A stretch of 64,000 nucleotides of DNA from Rhina ancylostomus (GCA_030265395.1 JARFYF010000001.1:65347936-65411935), one strand, 5' to 3'; shown: positions 36,651-49,529, numbered from the stretch's first letter. Made by a program: numbers and translations. Notes: generated by a model from the sequence alone, not told the origin.

Positions 36651-38939
36651 GTCAGTCTATCTGTTGGAAATGGGGAAAGTTTTGTAAAGGGAGCAGGTTA
36701 ACTTCTCATTCAAGCTGGGAATGCCAGCCAGATTGATCATTCACTGGAGGAAAGGTGGCCCCACTCATCTCACCATTTAACTATGTGGGGAGGACAGCAT
36801 GGTCATTCTGAACTTGGAATATTTTTGTGCTTCTATTCTCATTTTCTATCCCAACATAAAAGGGAGTCATTCAGCCTATCAAGGCTTTGTTGGTACTTAG
36901 AGCCAGAGTACAGTTTACTTGTGTGTAACATCTTTTTTGAAGAAGGGTAATAATTTTCTACCTCTTCAATTTACTTCAAATTTACTACCCAGAATATTGA
37001 TTTAAATCTGTGGTCTTGAACTGCAATACTTGCAGGTGTTTATAGGTCAGACATGGCTATTCCCGTCAGTGCATTGCTGCTGACCATCCCATAAGTAGTT
37101 GCAACAACTTGTAGCCACAATACCCAAGTATCTAATCATATGTGTCCCAGAATCGGAACCAGACATCTCAAGTGTGAGATGATCCACCTTGGATCCAAGA
37201 AAAATGAGTCAAATGTTTTGTAAACGTAGGACTGGAAACATTGGTTGCCTGAGCACAAAAATCAAAGCTCGAAACTAAGTATAATGCCCATCCTAATCAC
37301 CAGTGGGCTTAATGTAAGGGAATGAGTTCTATATGTCCAGGTCCCATCTAGAAAACTGTGGCTAATTTCAGACTTCAAAGCTTTGGAAAGATGTTTTGGC
37401 CTTTTGGGAGTGGGTGGTTTGGAGAAGGGTTTCTAACAGATGTTCACAAGAATGGTATCAAAACTTGTAGGGTTAAACCTGCATAAACTTGGTTGTTAAT
37501 TCCAAGGGTGGTAGATTTGGAATTTGCCCAAATGGTTGTGGTTGCTGGTTGAAGTAATGAGGTTTTTGTGCCTGCATGTTGAGGGATTGGAGAGATGTCT
37601 GAAAATGGTGGTCAGATCAGCCATGGTGTAACTGAACAGTGAAACAAGCTTGAGCGACTGAACAGGTGACTCCAGTCAATTAACCTCTGCTCCTTTGTTC
37701 TAGTTTCTACATTACATCACTGATCATACTATTTCTCCAGTCTTACAATTAACATCTCTTCAGAGAGGTGGCAACAGCTGTGAGTTTGGAGTATCTTTAT
37801 TTGATGAACAAAGTTCATAAGTGAACATACCAATTGTTGGTCTTGTCACAAATTAGTTCAATTAACTTCAACCCTCCATCTTAATAAGAAAATTAAGTTA
37901 TAACCTTTGTTCAGTCCTTTGATATTGAGTTAACTTTAATGACATCCTGTTCACTATTCTGGTTTTGACTGAGACTACACACAAGGTGAATAAGTTCTCC
38001 ACAGTGGGCCAGATTCCCTTGCATCAACTGACTTCATTGTTCCTTTATCACGGGGGAGGAATATTACCTAAATTTTTAAGGACTTCCCTGTCAATCAGTA
38101 GACCTACAAATGCAATTGTCCTCTTAAAAACCCTCACACCCTTTTCAATCAAGGTATATAAAATAAAGTAAGCTAGATAGTGGATGTAACTGAATTGTCC
38201 TTGAGGTCAGTAACCATAAAATATTTAAGTAATTGGCAGCATGAAAGAATGAAAATGGAAGAGTTGAATGGTTTTTTTGCATCCAAAGTTTGGAGAAAGT
38301 CTGGAACTTGAGGCTTGAAGGTTTAATAAAGGTAGAAATAATCAGAAGATTTAAAAAGTGCTGCTAGTCTAGGACCAAGAACAAAGAAGTGTGTTTAGTC
38401 TAAATCTTCTTTAGTTGTCCTATGCATGGTTGGTTAAATGGTTTCTTTTGCCTTAAATTTCTGACACTGATGGAACTTCAAATCTAGCTTTAGTTCAGTT
38501 TCTTGCCATCTTGGTTTAAAGTGATCCTTCCACAATGGGTCTATCTTCATTACACATTTTCCTGTTGGCNNNNNNNNNNNNNNNNNNNNNNNNNNNNNNN
38601 NNNNNNNNNNNNNNNNNNNNNNNNNNNNNNNNNNNNNNNNNNNNNNNNNNNNNNNNNNNNNNNNNNNNNGTTCCTCACGGTCCCCGATTCCCTGATCTTT
38701 CGGAAGATGATCTCCTGCCCCCAGTGACCTGGGCAGAGAATTCCAGAGATACCCCCTCCCTCTCCTGCACACCTCCCCCTTCTGCAGCTCTGCGGAGACC
38801 AGGCCTCATGGGAACATCTCCTCCCTGAGGACCAGAAACCCATCCCAGGTCAGGGCTTGGCACCCCCAGGGAGGGCAGGGACACAGGATGTGGCGGCAGC
38901 TGGGGGGGGGGGGGACCGGGGCGAGGATCAGGCCGGTGG

Positions 38940-39090
38940 AGGAGCCCACGGGTCGGGCGGCATCCGTGGAGGGAAAGGGACGGTCGACGTTTCGGGTCGG
39001 CTCCCTTCAACTGGGCTGGTTGATGCTTCTGGCCGGGACCCTTCGTCGACTGTCCACTTCCCTCCACGGATGCTGCCCGACCTGCTGGAG
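38940..39090. mobile_element. CpG-rich Penelope-end-derived hairpin element
   Basis: ggtcgggcggcatccgtggagggaa...gtcgacg and cgtcgac...ttccctccacggatgctgcccgacc inverted arms. Confidence 0.65.
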
Positions 39091-39529
39091 GGTGTTGCTG
39101 GGGCGATGGGTCAGGGGTGGGGGGTGTTGTGCTGCTGGGTGAGGTTTGCTGCGTGAGGGGTGGGCGGTGAGGGGTGGGTGGTGTTGGGGTGTTGGGTTTG
39201 GAGTGCTGGTGAGGGGTGGGGGGTGAGGGGAGGGTGGTGTTGGGATGCTGGGGTCGGACTGCTGGGTCAGTGATGAATTGGTACCAGCTGGGTAACACAA
39301 ACTGAAGAGTGTTTCCCACAATGTCTTCACCACAACAGAAGGACTACTGTTTTGCTGATGTTTGTCATTATATGTTCCTGTTTTCCACCATTCTGGTTGA
39401 GCCTTGCATTTTAACTGTTCTTGATGCTTTTCACAGATTAGTTGGAGTTGACTGTGCCTGGGGTTGGAGCTATTTATTGTCCATGTGCATTTACTAATGT
39501 AAATTTTCATTCTTTTCCCACTTCCTCAG

Positions 39530-39600
39530 TTTTCAACCCACCACATATTCCCCCTTACCACGCTTTGGATAGAATCCCAATTTGAAGAAATCAGCAGCCC
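39530..39600 (+). CDS. ALS2: ALS2 exon 16 equivalent (PH)
   Basis: Branch-like ttactaat, then cttcctcag|TTT TCA ACC CAC CAC...AGC CC|gtgagt; 71 nt; FSTHHIFPLTTLWIESQFEEISS. Confidence 0.93.
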
Positions 39601-40321
39601 GTGAGTATAAAAGTGATTGCATCCCTTGGAAGCACTTCCTTGTAATAAATGTACTGTTTTGGCAGGAGTGTTTTTTTTATTCCAACTGATTCTTTCAATG
39701 ATTTATTTTCAGATTTTCTCCCAATTAATCAGTTCAAGCATTATCCAAGGCTCCTTGCCATCATTTTTTTCTTTAGGCCCAGAAGTTGTCATGTAATCTT
39801 TTCAATTTGAGCACCAGTTGTTTGTAGTAGGTTGGTTGATAGGTCAGAGCTGTTTGAAAACAAATTGTTTTCAGTGCTTTTAACTTTTTTTTTGGATAGG
39901 TGTCCCTGAATTTAATGTAAACCTCCACTTTATCCTGATGTCATTTTTATTGCTATCAATACCAGTGAGGCTGCCTGGGCACTCCTGAGATGTTAATGTG
40001 GGCACAGTCATCCACCCTCTTACTTGCAATAAACTGAGGGGTAAAGAAGTAGTGGAAATGGGATAAATATAATGCTGATTGGAGGGCAGTGCCTAGTTGT
40101 AGCTGCTTCCACTGAATGTTCACATTAAGGCAAAGCTATTGTATTGATGTGCAAGGCAACAATGCAGATATTGAAAAGTAGATGGGTACGAGTGATGTTA
40201 CTTAAAAATACTATTAATGGTGTCTGACCTTTTGCTCTGGCTCACTTCTCTCTAAGTAAAGCAAGTTCCTTTTGGACCCCCACACCCCCAGCTGCTAACT
40301 GTTGTTTTATTTTGTGTTTAG

Positions 40322-40388
40322 GAATGCCTTAAAGATAACTTCACCTGAGGAACAGTTTATCCTCACTGCAGCATCACCTCAGGAAAAG
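40322..40388 (+). CDS. ALS2: ALS2 exon 17 equivalent (PH)
   Basis: gtttag|G AAT GCC TTA AAG...GAA AAG|gtaaag; 67 nt; NALKITSPEEQFILTAASPQEK. Confidence 0.94.
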
Positions 40389-40439
40389 GTAAAGTGAGCA
40401 TCTCTAATTCAATCAGAGCTTCTTGGCATTGAAAGAGTT

Positions 40440-41330
40440 GTTTCGATGTGCAATTTGGAGTTAATGGGAAGTTGCTAACCAAATAGGCTTAGGCAGTCAA
40501 TGATTCTGTTATGAAATGAGTAAACTGAGTTAGTACAAATGTGGAAAATTGGTAAGGTCATCCACTTTGATGCATGTACCAGAAAAGCAGAGTATGTATT
40601 AAATAGAGAGAGATTGGGTAGTGTTGATGTTCAAAGGGATCTGGGTGTGCGTGTACATCAGTTGCTGTGAAGGCAAGCATGAGGTGCAGCAAGCATTTGA
40701 GAGGGTAAATGGTGTGTTAGCCTTTTATGGGAGGGTTTAATTACAGGAGTGAGGAAGTCCTGTACAGGGCTTGGTGAGACCCTACCTGGACTATGTGCAC
40801 AGATTTGGTTTCTTTATCCAAGGAAGGATGTACTTTCCATGGAGATGGTGCAGGGAAGATTCACTGACCAGCTTTAAACCAGTTAGCTGGTTTGCTATGT
40901 GAGGAAAGAGTGAGAAGATTAGGACTTTGTTCTCCCTGAAGAACTTTGTTTCAATGAGATTACTTCTTGTTCTTCTAAGTACTAAAGCCTTGATAACTTG
41001 GATCTTGTGAGGCTATTTTCCCACAACCGGGGAGTTTAGGTCCAGGTGGCACAATTTCAGAAAAAGGGATAGGCCTTTTATTGGACTTGGATGAGGAGAA
41101 ATGTTTTTGCTCAGAGGTTGAATCTTTTGAAATTCTCTACCACAGAGGGCTGTGATGTTTAGGTGTGCCCATTCAAAATGGAGACAAATTAGTTTTCAAA
41201 CGTTAAAAGAATTGAGAGATATTGGGATAGTGCTACAAAATGGCACTGAGGTTGAAGGTCAGCTGTGATAATGACAGGCTCTTGCCACCTTGAGTTATGT
41301 TGATGTAGACTAGAAAGGTGGGTTAGGTAG
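40440..41330 (+). mobile_element. CR1 LINE 3' RT fragment
   Basis: caaagggatctgggtgtgcgtgtacatc, ggcttggtgagaccctacctggactat, gatgaggagaaatgtttttgctcagagg. Confidence 0.8.
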
Positions 41331-41397
41331 TCCACAGGGGTAATGCAGCTGGTGAGTAAAGTGATTTCCATAGGTGATGTTGGGTTTGTCTAATAGT

Positions 41398-41773
41398 ACA
41401 GCACAGTAGCATAGTGGTTAGCACGACACTATCACAGCACCAGCGACCTGGGTTCGATTCCTGTCGCTGCCTGTAAGGAGTTTGTACGTTCTCCTGTGTC
41501 TGCATGGGTTTCCTCTGGGTGCTCTGGTTTCCTCCCATATTCCAAAGATGTANNNNNNNNNNNNNNNNNNNNNNNNNNNNNNNNNNNNNNNNNNNNNNNN
41601 NNNNNNNNNNNNNNNNNNNNNNNNNNNNNNNNNNNNNNNNNNNNNNNNNNNNGGGTTTCCTCCGGGTGCTACGGTTTCCTCCCATATTCCAAAGATGTAC
41701 GGGTAGGTTAATTTGGGGTTTAAAATGGGTGGTGTGGACGCGTTGGGCCGGAAGGGCCTGTTACCATGCTGTA
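41398..41773 (+). mobile_element. HE1-type V-SINE spanning an assembly gap
   Basis: tagcatagtggttagc...gggttcgattcc...ggagtttgtacgttctcc...gggcctgttaccatgctgta. Confidence 0.88.
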
Positions 41774-41834
41774 AATTTTTTTTTAAAAATTTAAAATAAA
41801 TTGTAAAATGTGTTTCATTGTAATCCCATTTCAG

Positions 41835-42034
41835 ACAAAGTGGTTAAGAGCAATTAATCAAGCTGTGGATCAGGCACTGAGTGGTGCTTCAGATAACATG
41901 GCTCTTGGATTGGGTGGTGTCATGCGAGTTGAACCTCCAATTTCTCGCACTGCCAGTTACACCTTCTACAAGGACCCACGGCTGAAGGAGGCAACCTATG
42001 AGGGTCGCTGGTTGGCTGGAAAACCACATGGCAA
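41835..42034 (+). CDS. ALS2: ALS2 exon 18 equivalent (PH end / first MORN)
   Basis: atttcag|ACA AAG TGG...GGC AA|gttagt; 200 nt; [15 protein letters not shown]...[12 protein letters not shown]. Confidence 0.95.
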
Positions 42035-42401
42035 GTTAGTATTAGCACAGTACCATAGATTTACTGTAAATGCAAAGCTCTACATGTACATGAAGGTCAA
42101 ATTTTTTTTCACATGCGTGCACCTACTTGTGTATACACAAATGTATGTGCATATACTGTTAATGTGGCACATGCACATACAGTATGTGTTGTGATGTTTT
42201 ATACAAGCATTAATGGGTAAGGAAGATGTGTGTTGGCAAATGTATTGTTTCAAGTACATTTTGGAAACAATTTGGAAAGATTCATATTGTTGGCTTTGAG
42301 AGAATAAACTTGGAAATGAGGAGAAGAAATTGTAACTTTTATTGTGACTGAAACTTCAGCTTGATTCTCTGCATATCCTAACCCTGTTTCCTTAATTCCA
42401 G

Positions 42402-42467
42402 GGGTGTATTGCGGTGGCCTGATGGGAGATCCTATTCTGGTGATTTCAAAAATGGTTTGGAGGATGG
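42402..42467 (+). CDS. ALS2: ALS2 exon 19 equivalent (MORN)
   Basis: attccag|G GGT GTA TTG...GAT GG|gtgagt; 66 nt; GVLRWPDGRSYSGDFKNGLEDG. Confidence 0.95.
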
Positions 42468-43332
42468 GTGAGTATTGGAAATCTGTTATTATAATTCTGT
42501 GATCCCAGAATAGAGTTTACCAATCTTGTCTATCACAACGACTGCAGTACAGAAGGTGAAAAATATAAGTTGGAGTTGCCCTTGCTTCCACTTATTAGGG
42601 AATGCACCTGTGTGGATTTTGATTGGGAGCAGAATTAGTGCTTATCGATGATAAATACTGACATTTTGTCACAACATCATCCAAGGTGATGCCAACTGTT
42701 TCAGTGCTGTACTGAAGGAGTGCAGTATAATTGGAGTAGCAGTTCTTTGACTGAAATGTTAAACTGAAGTCCTGTCTCCTCTCTGAGACAGGTGATGGTA
42801 GTGTTTTGAAATTATCCCTGCAGTCCTGGGTAACTTTATTGCCATTGGTATTGCAGCTGCCCCTCAGCCCACCATTCTTGCAGATTTGTCAAAATTTTTT
42901 GTCTCCTTCCTTTTTCTGATGGGTTTTCAAATCTGAAACAATAACTGTTTCTCTTCCCATAGATGCAACCTGACCTGAGTATTTCCAACACTCTGATCAG
43001 ATTTCAGATTCTAAGCATCTCAATTTTTTTTTGTTTGCTCTTTTATTGGGACTAGGTTGTTGATGCTAGTTTGGTCATATCCCTGAGGAATGCATGGTAC
43101 AAGGGATGTTCCATGGATTGAGCCAGACTTTACCTAATCTAAGAAATGGCACAGTTAATCTGGTAATATTGAGATTAATGATCCTGTTGTTACCAGGCAG
43201 AGGCTGGTTTGGAGTGAGGGCTATAGAATCCACAGAACAAATAAGTGATGCGAAGTGGAGCTGTGTTCTCTTGACTTTGGGGACAAGCTTCTTGATGTGG
43301 GTACGAAGTGCTAAATATATCTCTCTTACCAG

Positions 43333-43431
43333 GTATGGAGAGTTGATTGTACCTTGCAAAGCACTCAAGAAGAATGACCACTATCAAGGCCATTGGAAAG
43401 AAGGCAAAATGCATGGCCATGGAATCTACAA
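43333..43431 (+). CDS. ALS2: ALS2 exon 20 equivalent (MORN)
   Basis: ttaccag|G TAT GGA GAG...TAC AA|gtaggc; 99 nt; YGELIVPCKALKKNDHYQGHWKEGKMHGHGIY. Confidence 0.95.
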
Positions 43432-44149
43432 GTAGGCTCAGTTCTCATTTCATCTGCTAGTTGTTTTGGTGTCTGGTTTGACATCTTTGTTTTGGAGGAT
43501 TATCTGAATTGTTTGTTGCTACAGCGAGGTGGAAGGGGTAATGGTACTGATCAGATCTCTTGGTTGATTTAGCAAGGAATTTGGTCTGTTGATTGCCTTT
43601 TGTGAGGTGTTTAAATCTTCACTGTATCCATTGGTTTAGTAAATTATTGCTTCCTTGTAAGCCTTTTTGGTATGGTGATTGAATTTGTATATTATATCTT
43701 CCATGAGCGTTCAGCTAAGACTTCCATTATCAACTTGCAGTTAATTCAAAATTGTCAGAGGCTGTACCCATCCTCCCCACCATTTCCACTTTAATCCCAG
43801 CAAAATGATTCCTTAGTAGTGACAAGTACCTGTAATGGCAGGCCCAAAGGTAATTGCAGTTGGCTAGGTGGCATCTCCCTCTCTGGTGGGGAGAGAGAGA
43901 AGTAACACCTCACTCCATGGTTGAGGAGATTTTTTTTGGTCCCTTCAGTTATTATAGTTAACAAATATAAAGACCTGTTAATAACTTAATTACTCAAGTT
44001 TAAGATGGGTGTTACATCTGTAACACAGGAACTGATGGGAAACCACTGAGATTGAATGTGACCACATCTGCAGTAATTGGGTGTAAGTAAACTTGGGATT
44101 CAGATAGTGCAAAGCATCAGAGATGAGCAGAGTTACCTGAATACCATGT

Positions 44150-46830
44150 TCCTAGAGGCAGTCACATTCATTAGACTATGTGCAGCAGCAGTGGTTTGTG
44201 AGGGATAGGTTGGTGTGATTACAAGTGAGCCAGGTGTAAGGATCCAAGGCAACTTCAGCCTTTCATTTGTCCAACAGTACAAAATTCTTACAGGTAGTAT
44301 GGGTGAGACCAGAGACTGCAGGAAGGATGAATGGTACCAGGGAACCATGCAAGATGTGACTAGGAATATCATAGTGATAGGGTACCATGTGGTAAGATAC
44401 ACTGCTCCAGAAAATAACATCAATATGTTTGCCAAAGGCTGTGTTGTCTGTTTGATATCAGGGTAGGAAGGGGAAGACATAATTGTCAAGATCCACGTAG
44501 GAGCTAATGACACAGCTTGGACGAGGGAGGTTCCACTAAAAAAACATTTGAACAACTAGGGTCCAAATTAAGGTGGTTATATCTTCTGGATTTCTACCCG
44601 AGGTAATGGGTCAGTAAATTGATTGAATTTGTGGCTTAAAATTTGGTGTGGGAGAAATGTGTTCCAACTTGTGCGTCACCTACACCAGGCATGGGGGAAA
44701 GAGCTATTTTGCTGGGACAAGCTTCACCTGGGTTGGGCTGTAACCAGTGGCCTAGCAAATTGTATAACTGTGGCTTTAAGCTAAGCTGGGAGGGGCGGTT
44801 TGGGGAGGTAAAATTTAGAAGGTTGAAGAGGAAAGACTGCAATAATGCAGAGTGGTGAAATGAATAATAACCTATGAGAGTCAAGGACCGAGCATACAAA
44901 CAACAGATTATATCTTGGTCAGATCAGGAGGGGAAAATGGTAAGAAGACAAAATTGAAGGCTTCATATCTGCATGAAGAATTTGTGACAAGATTGACAAT
45001 GCAAACTGAACTAAATGGGTCAGATCTTATCAAAAGAGATGTGGATGTAAAGTTAACAGATCTGGGGTTTAAGTATTATGGAATGCTCTTCTATCAGAGC
45101 CAGGCAAGCAGAGAATGGTCAGCCCTAGTAATAAAGGATGGGATGGAGCAAATAGAGAGGAAGGGTCATGGCTCAAAGTTAAGAAATTGGAACTAGGAAA
45201 GGGCAAGGTTTGACAAACATTGTTCGGAGCCCTCAAATGTTATTAGTAGTCTAAGGCACATGTTCATCCAAAAAATAGAGATGCATACAAGAGTAATTAA
45301 GTGATTATGGAGTCTTAAATCCTACGCAAGCCAAATTTGGCAATAATAAAGTGAACAATGAATTCGTGAAGTGCCTGAGATGGCTATCTGGATCATTTTG
45401 TTGAACAAACCAAAGAACAGGCTACTTGAGATTACAGATTCGTGCAATAGGGAAATGGCTATTTAATTATCCAGTTGAGAGTCTTTTAAGGAAGAGAATA
45501 GAGTTTTATATTAAGTTTGCAAATGACTCTATTCCAAAAACCTGAGTCATAAATCTAAATGAGCTACAAAGACATGAGATGTGAATTGGGAAACTTAAAT
45601 ATAACAGCAGATGAGCAACAGCTGACATTTAGAAATAATACATGTATCCCTTGGTGGGGGGGGGGTGGGTGTGAAATGGTATAACTGACTATCAAGAAAA
45701 GTAAAAGGTAGTTTTAGATGAAAAGAAATTGCCAAAGGGTTCAGTAAGCTGGAGGACTTGGAAAATTTCAGAATTTGGCAAAGGAGGGCTGGGAAGGTGA
45801 AATATAAGAATCTAGCAAGAACATAAAATCAGACTGAAAGCTTCTATAGATAGTATGTTAATTTGGGTCCCCTGCAGATTGAGACAGCATAAAACTATAT
45901 TGGGCAATAAGGAAATGGCAGGGAAGTTGGATGCTTTGTATCTATCTTCATAGAAGATGCAAAATAACTTTTGGAAACAGTGAAGAACAGAAAGTCCAGC
46001 GTAAATGAGCCAGAAGAAATAATATTGAGAAAAATAGCATTGGGGAAATTAATGGATTTGAAAGTCAGTTTTTAAATCCTCAAGGCTGAGTGACCTGTAC
46101 CATAAGGACCTTTTTTTTTAAAAAAAAAGGTGGCTTTGGGCATCGTGGAAATATTGGCTATTGTCTTCCAAAATTCCAGTCTAGAACAGGAAGGTGAGAG
46201 AAAATTGGAAACTCTAAAAACCAGTTAACCTTGCATCTGTAATAGAAAAATATCAGAATCTATAATTAGAGGAGTGGTAAGAGGGTGGAATTGGGCAGAG
46301 TCAGCATGGGGATATATGAAAGTGAAGTCCTGTTTGACAAATCATTAGTTTTTGAGATTGCAGCTAGCAGGTTAGATAGACAAGCCAGTGGATGTCATGT
46401 ATGTGAACTTTGAGAAAACCTTTAAGATGTCATACACAAGGTATATAACAAAATTGGAGATGTGGGATTGAGAATATACAAGTGTAGTCTAAGGACTACT
46501 TGTCTGATTTCTTTTTAAATGTAGGTTTAAATAAGGTTATTTTTTGAGATGGGAAGCTGCAACTAGTGGGGATCAGAACCAGCACCTTAGCTGTTCACAA
46601 TCTGTATCAATGGTTTGGATGAGGGGAGCAAATATTATCAATCAGTATTTGCTGATGATATAAAGTTGGGTTGCAGTTTGAGTAGGATGGATGGAAACGG
46701 GCTTCGGGGCTAGTGACAGGTTAAGTGAATGTGTGAGCACGTGGCAGATAGAATGTGGGGGAAAAAATGAAGTCATCAAAAATAAAGATGGAGTATTTTC
46801 TTAAATAGTGAGGTTGGAAAAATAGTCAGT
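44150..46830 (+). mobile_element. Decayed near-full-length CR1 LINE (ORF1 esterase to RT)
   Basis: atagtgatagggtacc...atccacgtaggagctaatgac (VIG.../HVGAND), endonuclease-like text, aagtcctgtttgacaaat, tttgctgatgatataaag (FADD). Confidence 0.75.
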
Positions 46831-46900
46831 GGTACTGCACAGAAATAGGCCCTTGCATCTGTACCAACTATTCTACCTATGCACTCTAACTTTTTATTTG

Positions 46901-47121
46901 TACAGCAAGGTAACAGGCCCTTCTGGCCCAATGAGCCCATGGTGCCCAATTACACCCATGTTAACCTACTAACCTGTATGTCTTTGGAATGTGGGGGGAA
47001 ACCAGAGCACCCAGAGGAAACCCATGGGCAGAACGTACATATTCCTTACCGAGAGCAGCAGAAATTGAACCCCTATCATTGACTTTAATGTTACGCTAAC
47101 TGCTACACTACTGTGCTGTCC
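46901..47121 (-). mobile_element. HE1-type V-SINE, antisense, inserted into a CR1 tail
   Basis: acaggcccttctggccca...ggaaaccagagcacccagaggaaaccca...cgctaactgctacactactgtgctg. Confidence 0.85.
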
Positions 47122-47124
47122 TAT

Positions 47125-48790
47125 ACTAATCCCATTTACCCACATTAGATTTATAGCTTTCCATGCCTTGGCGATTTAAGTATTTGCCTCAATGCATAAA
47201 TGTATTGAGAGTATTTGCCTCCATCACTCTTCCTCCTTTCGGTGTGATCTAGATTTTCCCGACAGGTCCCCTGTTAGCTCTCACCTTAAATATATGTCCT
47301 CTCNNNNNNNNNNGGGAAGCTTCTTGGTGTCTATGTCCCTCATAATTTTGTATACCTCAGCCTCGTCCAATCCAGGGATCCAATCTCTCCATGTAATTTA
47401 ATGCTCCAATCCAGGCCACATCCCAGTGAATCTCTTCCACATCCTCTCCAGCACAACAATATCCTTCCTATGGTGTGGTGATTAGAACTTCACAAAATAC
47501 TTCAGGTATAATTGTAACATGCGGTTCCAGCCCTTGTATTTTGTGTCATGGCCAATGTAGACAAGCGTCCCTTATTCTGCCTTTGCCACCCTCTCCACCT
47601 GTCCTACCACTTTAAGGGACATGTACTCTAAGACCCGACCATTTACTATATATGTCCTATCCTTGTTTGCCCTCCCAAAGTGCATTACCTTGCATTTGTC
47701 AGGATTAAATTACAGTTGCCATATCTCTCCCTGACTTTCCAGCTGATCTACATCTTGCTATAGGCTTGGATGATCCCTGTTCCTTGTACGTTCACATCCA
47801 AGCTCATATATACTGATCAGACTTTCAATGAGAAGCAACTTTCTTCCTCCTAATAATAAGCCAGTTTTAGATAGTCTTTATCAGCTTGCCCATGGTCCCA
47901 ACCTTGGATCAGCTTAGCATGTGGAACTTTGTCGAAGGTCTTGCTAAAGTTCATGTAGATGACATTGACCATACTGCACTAAGTCTCTTCTTATCTCGTC
48001 TCAGTAATTTGATAGAATTTTCTTTGAAAAGATTTCACATGAACGAAGCTATGCTGACTAGCCCTAATCAAACCCTTTCGAAGTGTCGATAAATCCTGTC
48101 CTTTAACTTTTTCTAATAGTTTCCCTACCACTGATGTAAGTCTCACTGCCCTGCAGTTACCTGGTTTATTCCCTACTGCCCTTGCTATCTTCCAATCATC
48201 TGGCACCTCACCTGTGGCTAATGCAGGTGCAAAAATCTCAGGGTCCCAACAACTTCCTCTCTTGCCTTCCGTAGCAGCCTGGGGATACAATTTATCAGGC
48301 TCTGGGGGTTTGGAACATGTCAGCATTAAGAAGGTGGAAGCACTAAATGCTGCATTACATCTAGTACCTCCTCCACCTCAATGCGAACATACTCCAGAAT
48401 ATCACAGTCCCTCTCCCTGAATTCTCCATCTACCACATCTTTCTCCTTGGTGAATACAGATGAGAAGTATTCATTTGGATTTTTCCTCTCCTTTCTAATA
48501 AGAAACTTTGACCTGAAACCTTAACATTGTTTCTGTTCCCACATATGTGACTTGACCTGTTAAGTATTTCCTTCATTTTCCGTTTTTAATTTTCATTTGC
48601 AACCTTGCCCATGTCTCCTGGCTCCACATGCAGATGGCCTTTCTGGTCTCCAAGGGAACCTGTTCTTTCCCTGGTTACCCTTTTGTTCCTGATAATACAT
48701 ATTCTTTTTAATCTTGCCTGCTAATGATATTTCATGGTCCCTTTTTGCCCACCTAATTTTTAAGTATTCTTCAATACTCTAGTTGAAAAT
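47125..48790 (-). mobile_element. CR1 LINE RT fragment
   Basis: Minus ORF TGEVPDDWKIA...KPGNCRAVRLTSVVGKLLEK...SQHSFV. Confidence 0.8.
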
Positions 48791-49364
48791 GATAAATGCA
48801 ACATTGCCACGGATATCTGTGAATTGAGTAGAGAAATTTGAGATTGGTGGCCAGAGTTTGGGACACTTTTCTTTCACCAAAAGACTGTTAGTTCCTTAGT
48901 AAAAGTAAATGTTATAGTACAATTGGACAGATCTTTAGCAGGCAGCAAGAGATGAAGATTGGGTGCAGATCAGTTGTGGACAGAATAAATGTGGTACAGA
49001 TTTGAGCTGAATGGTATACTCCTGCTATACTGACTTGGAACAGTGGAAATTCCTAGGTCCATCTACCCCGGACTACTGATCTTGTCACAGTGTTCATAGT
49101 GAAAATGAATCCATTTGATCATAAACTTTTTAAAAAATCATGTTCACCTGCTGCAATCAACATTTTCAGAGATCCCAAACAGAATCAAGGCCTAAAAGAT
49201 TCAGAAATGGGTGACCGTCTGATATCAAGCATGATACTTTATTCGTGTCCATGACTACCTTACTGTGGTGGCTGTATTAATAATTAGTTATCTCTGAGCG
49301 TCTTCTTCCTGACTCTTTGACCTCACACCCCATGTTCCCCAATTCCTCCACTCTTTCCTCACAG

Positions 49365-49529
49365 GTATGCCACAGGAGAGGTGTATGAGGGCAGTTTTCA
49401 AGATAACATGCGTCATGGGCATGGCTTGCTTCGAAGTGGAAAGCTGACATCATCATGTCCCAGCATGTTCATTGGCCAGTGGGCACAAGACAAAAAAATG
49501 GGCTACGGCGTGTTTGATGATATCACAAG
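49365..49529 (+). CDS. ALS2: ALS2 exon 21 equivalent (MORN)
   Basis: ctcacag|G TAT GCC ACA...ACA AG|gtaatg; 165 nt; [54 protein letters not shown]. Confidence 0.96.

Larger units (their letters stand above)
4113..49529 (+). other. ALS2: ALS2/alsin gene, partial (18 coding exons in window; 5' and 3' ends not found)
   Basis: Exon translations match alsin (ERGxxHxW...[78 protein letters not shown]). All junctions join in phase. Confidence 0.97.

Noticed and set aside
38675-39510. Pro-rich minus-strand ORFs of 214 and 167 aa
   Set aside because: By-product of GC/G-run composition over repeat sequence; no domain-like content.
43075-43332. Upstream part of ORF 43094-43435 and overlapping antisense ORFs
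   Set aside because: Only 43333-43431 matches alsin; the rest is intronic open frame.
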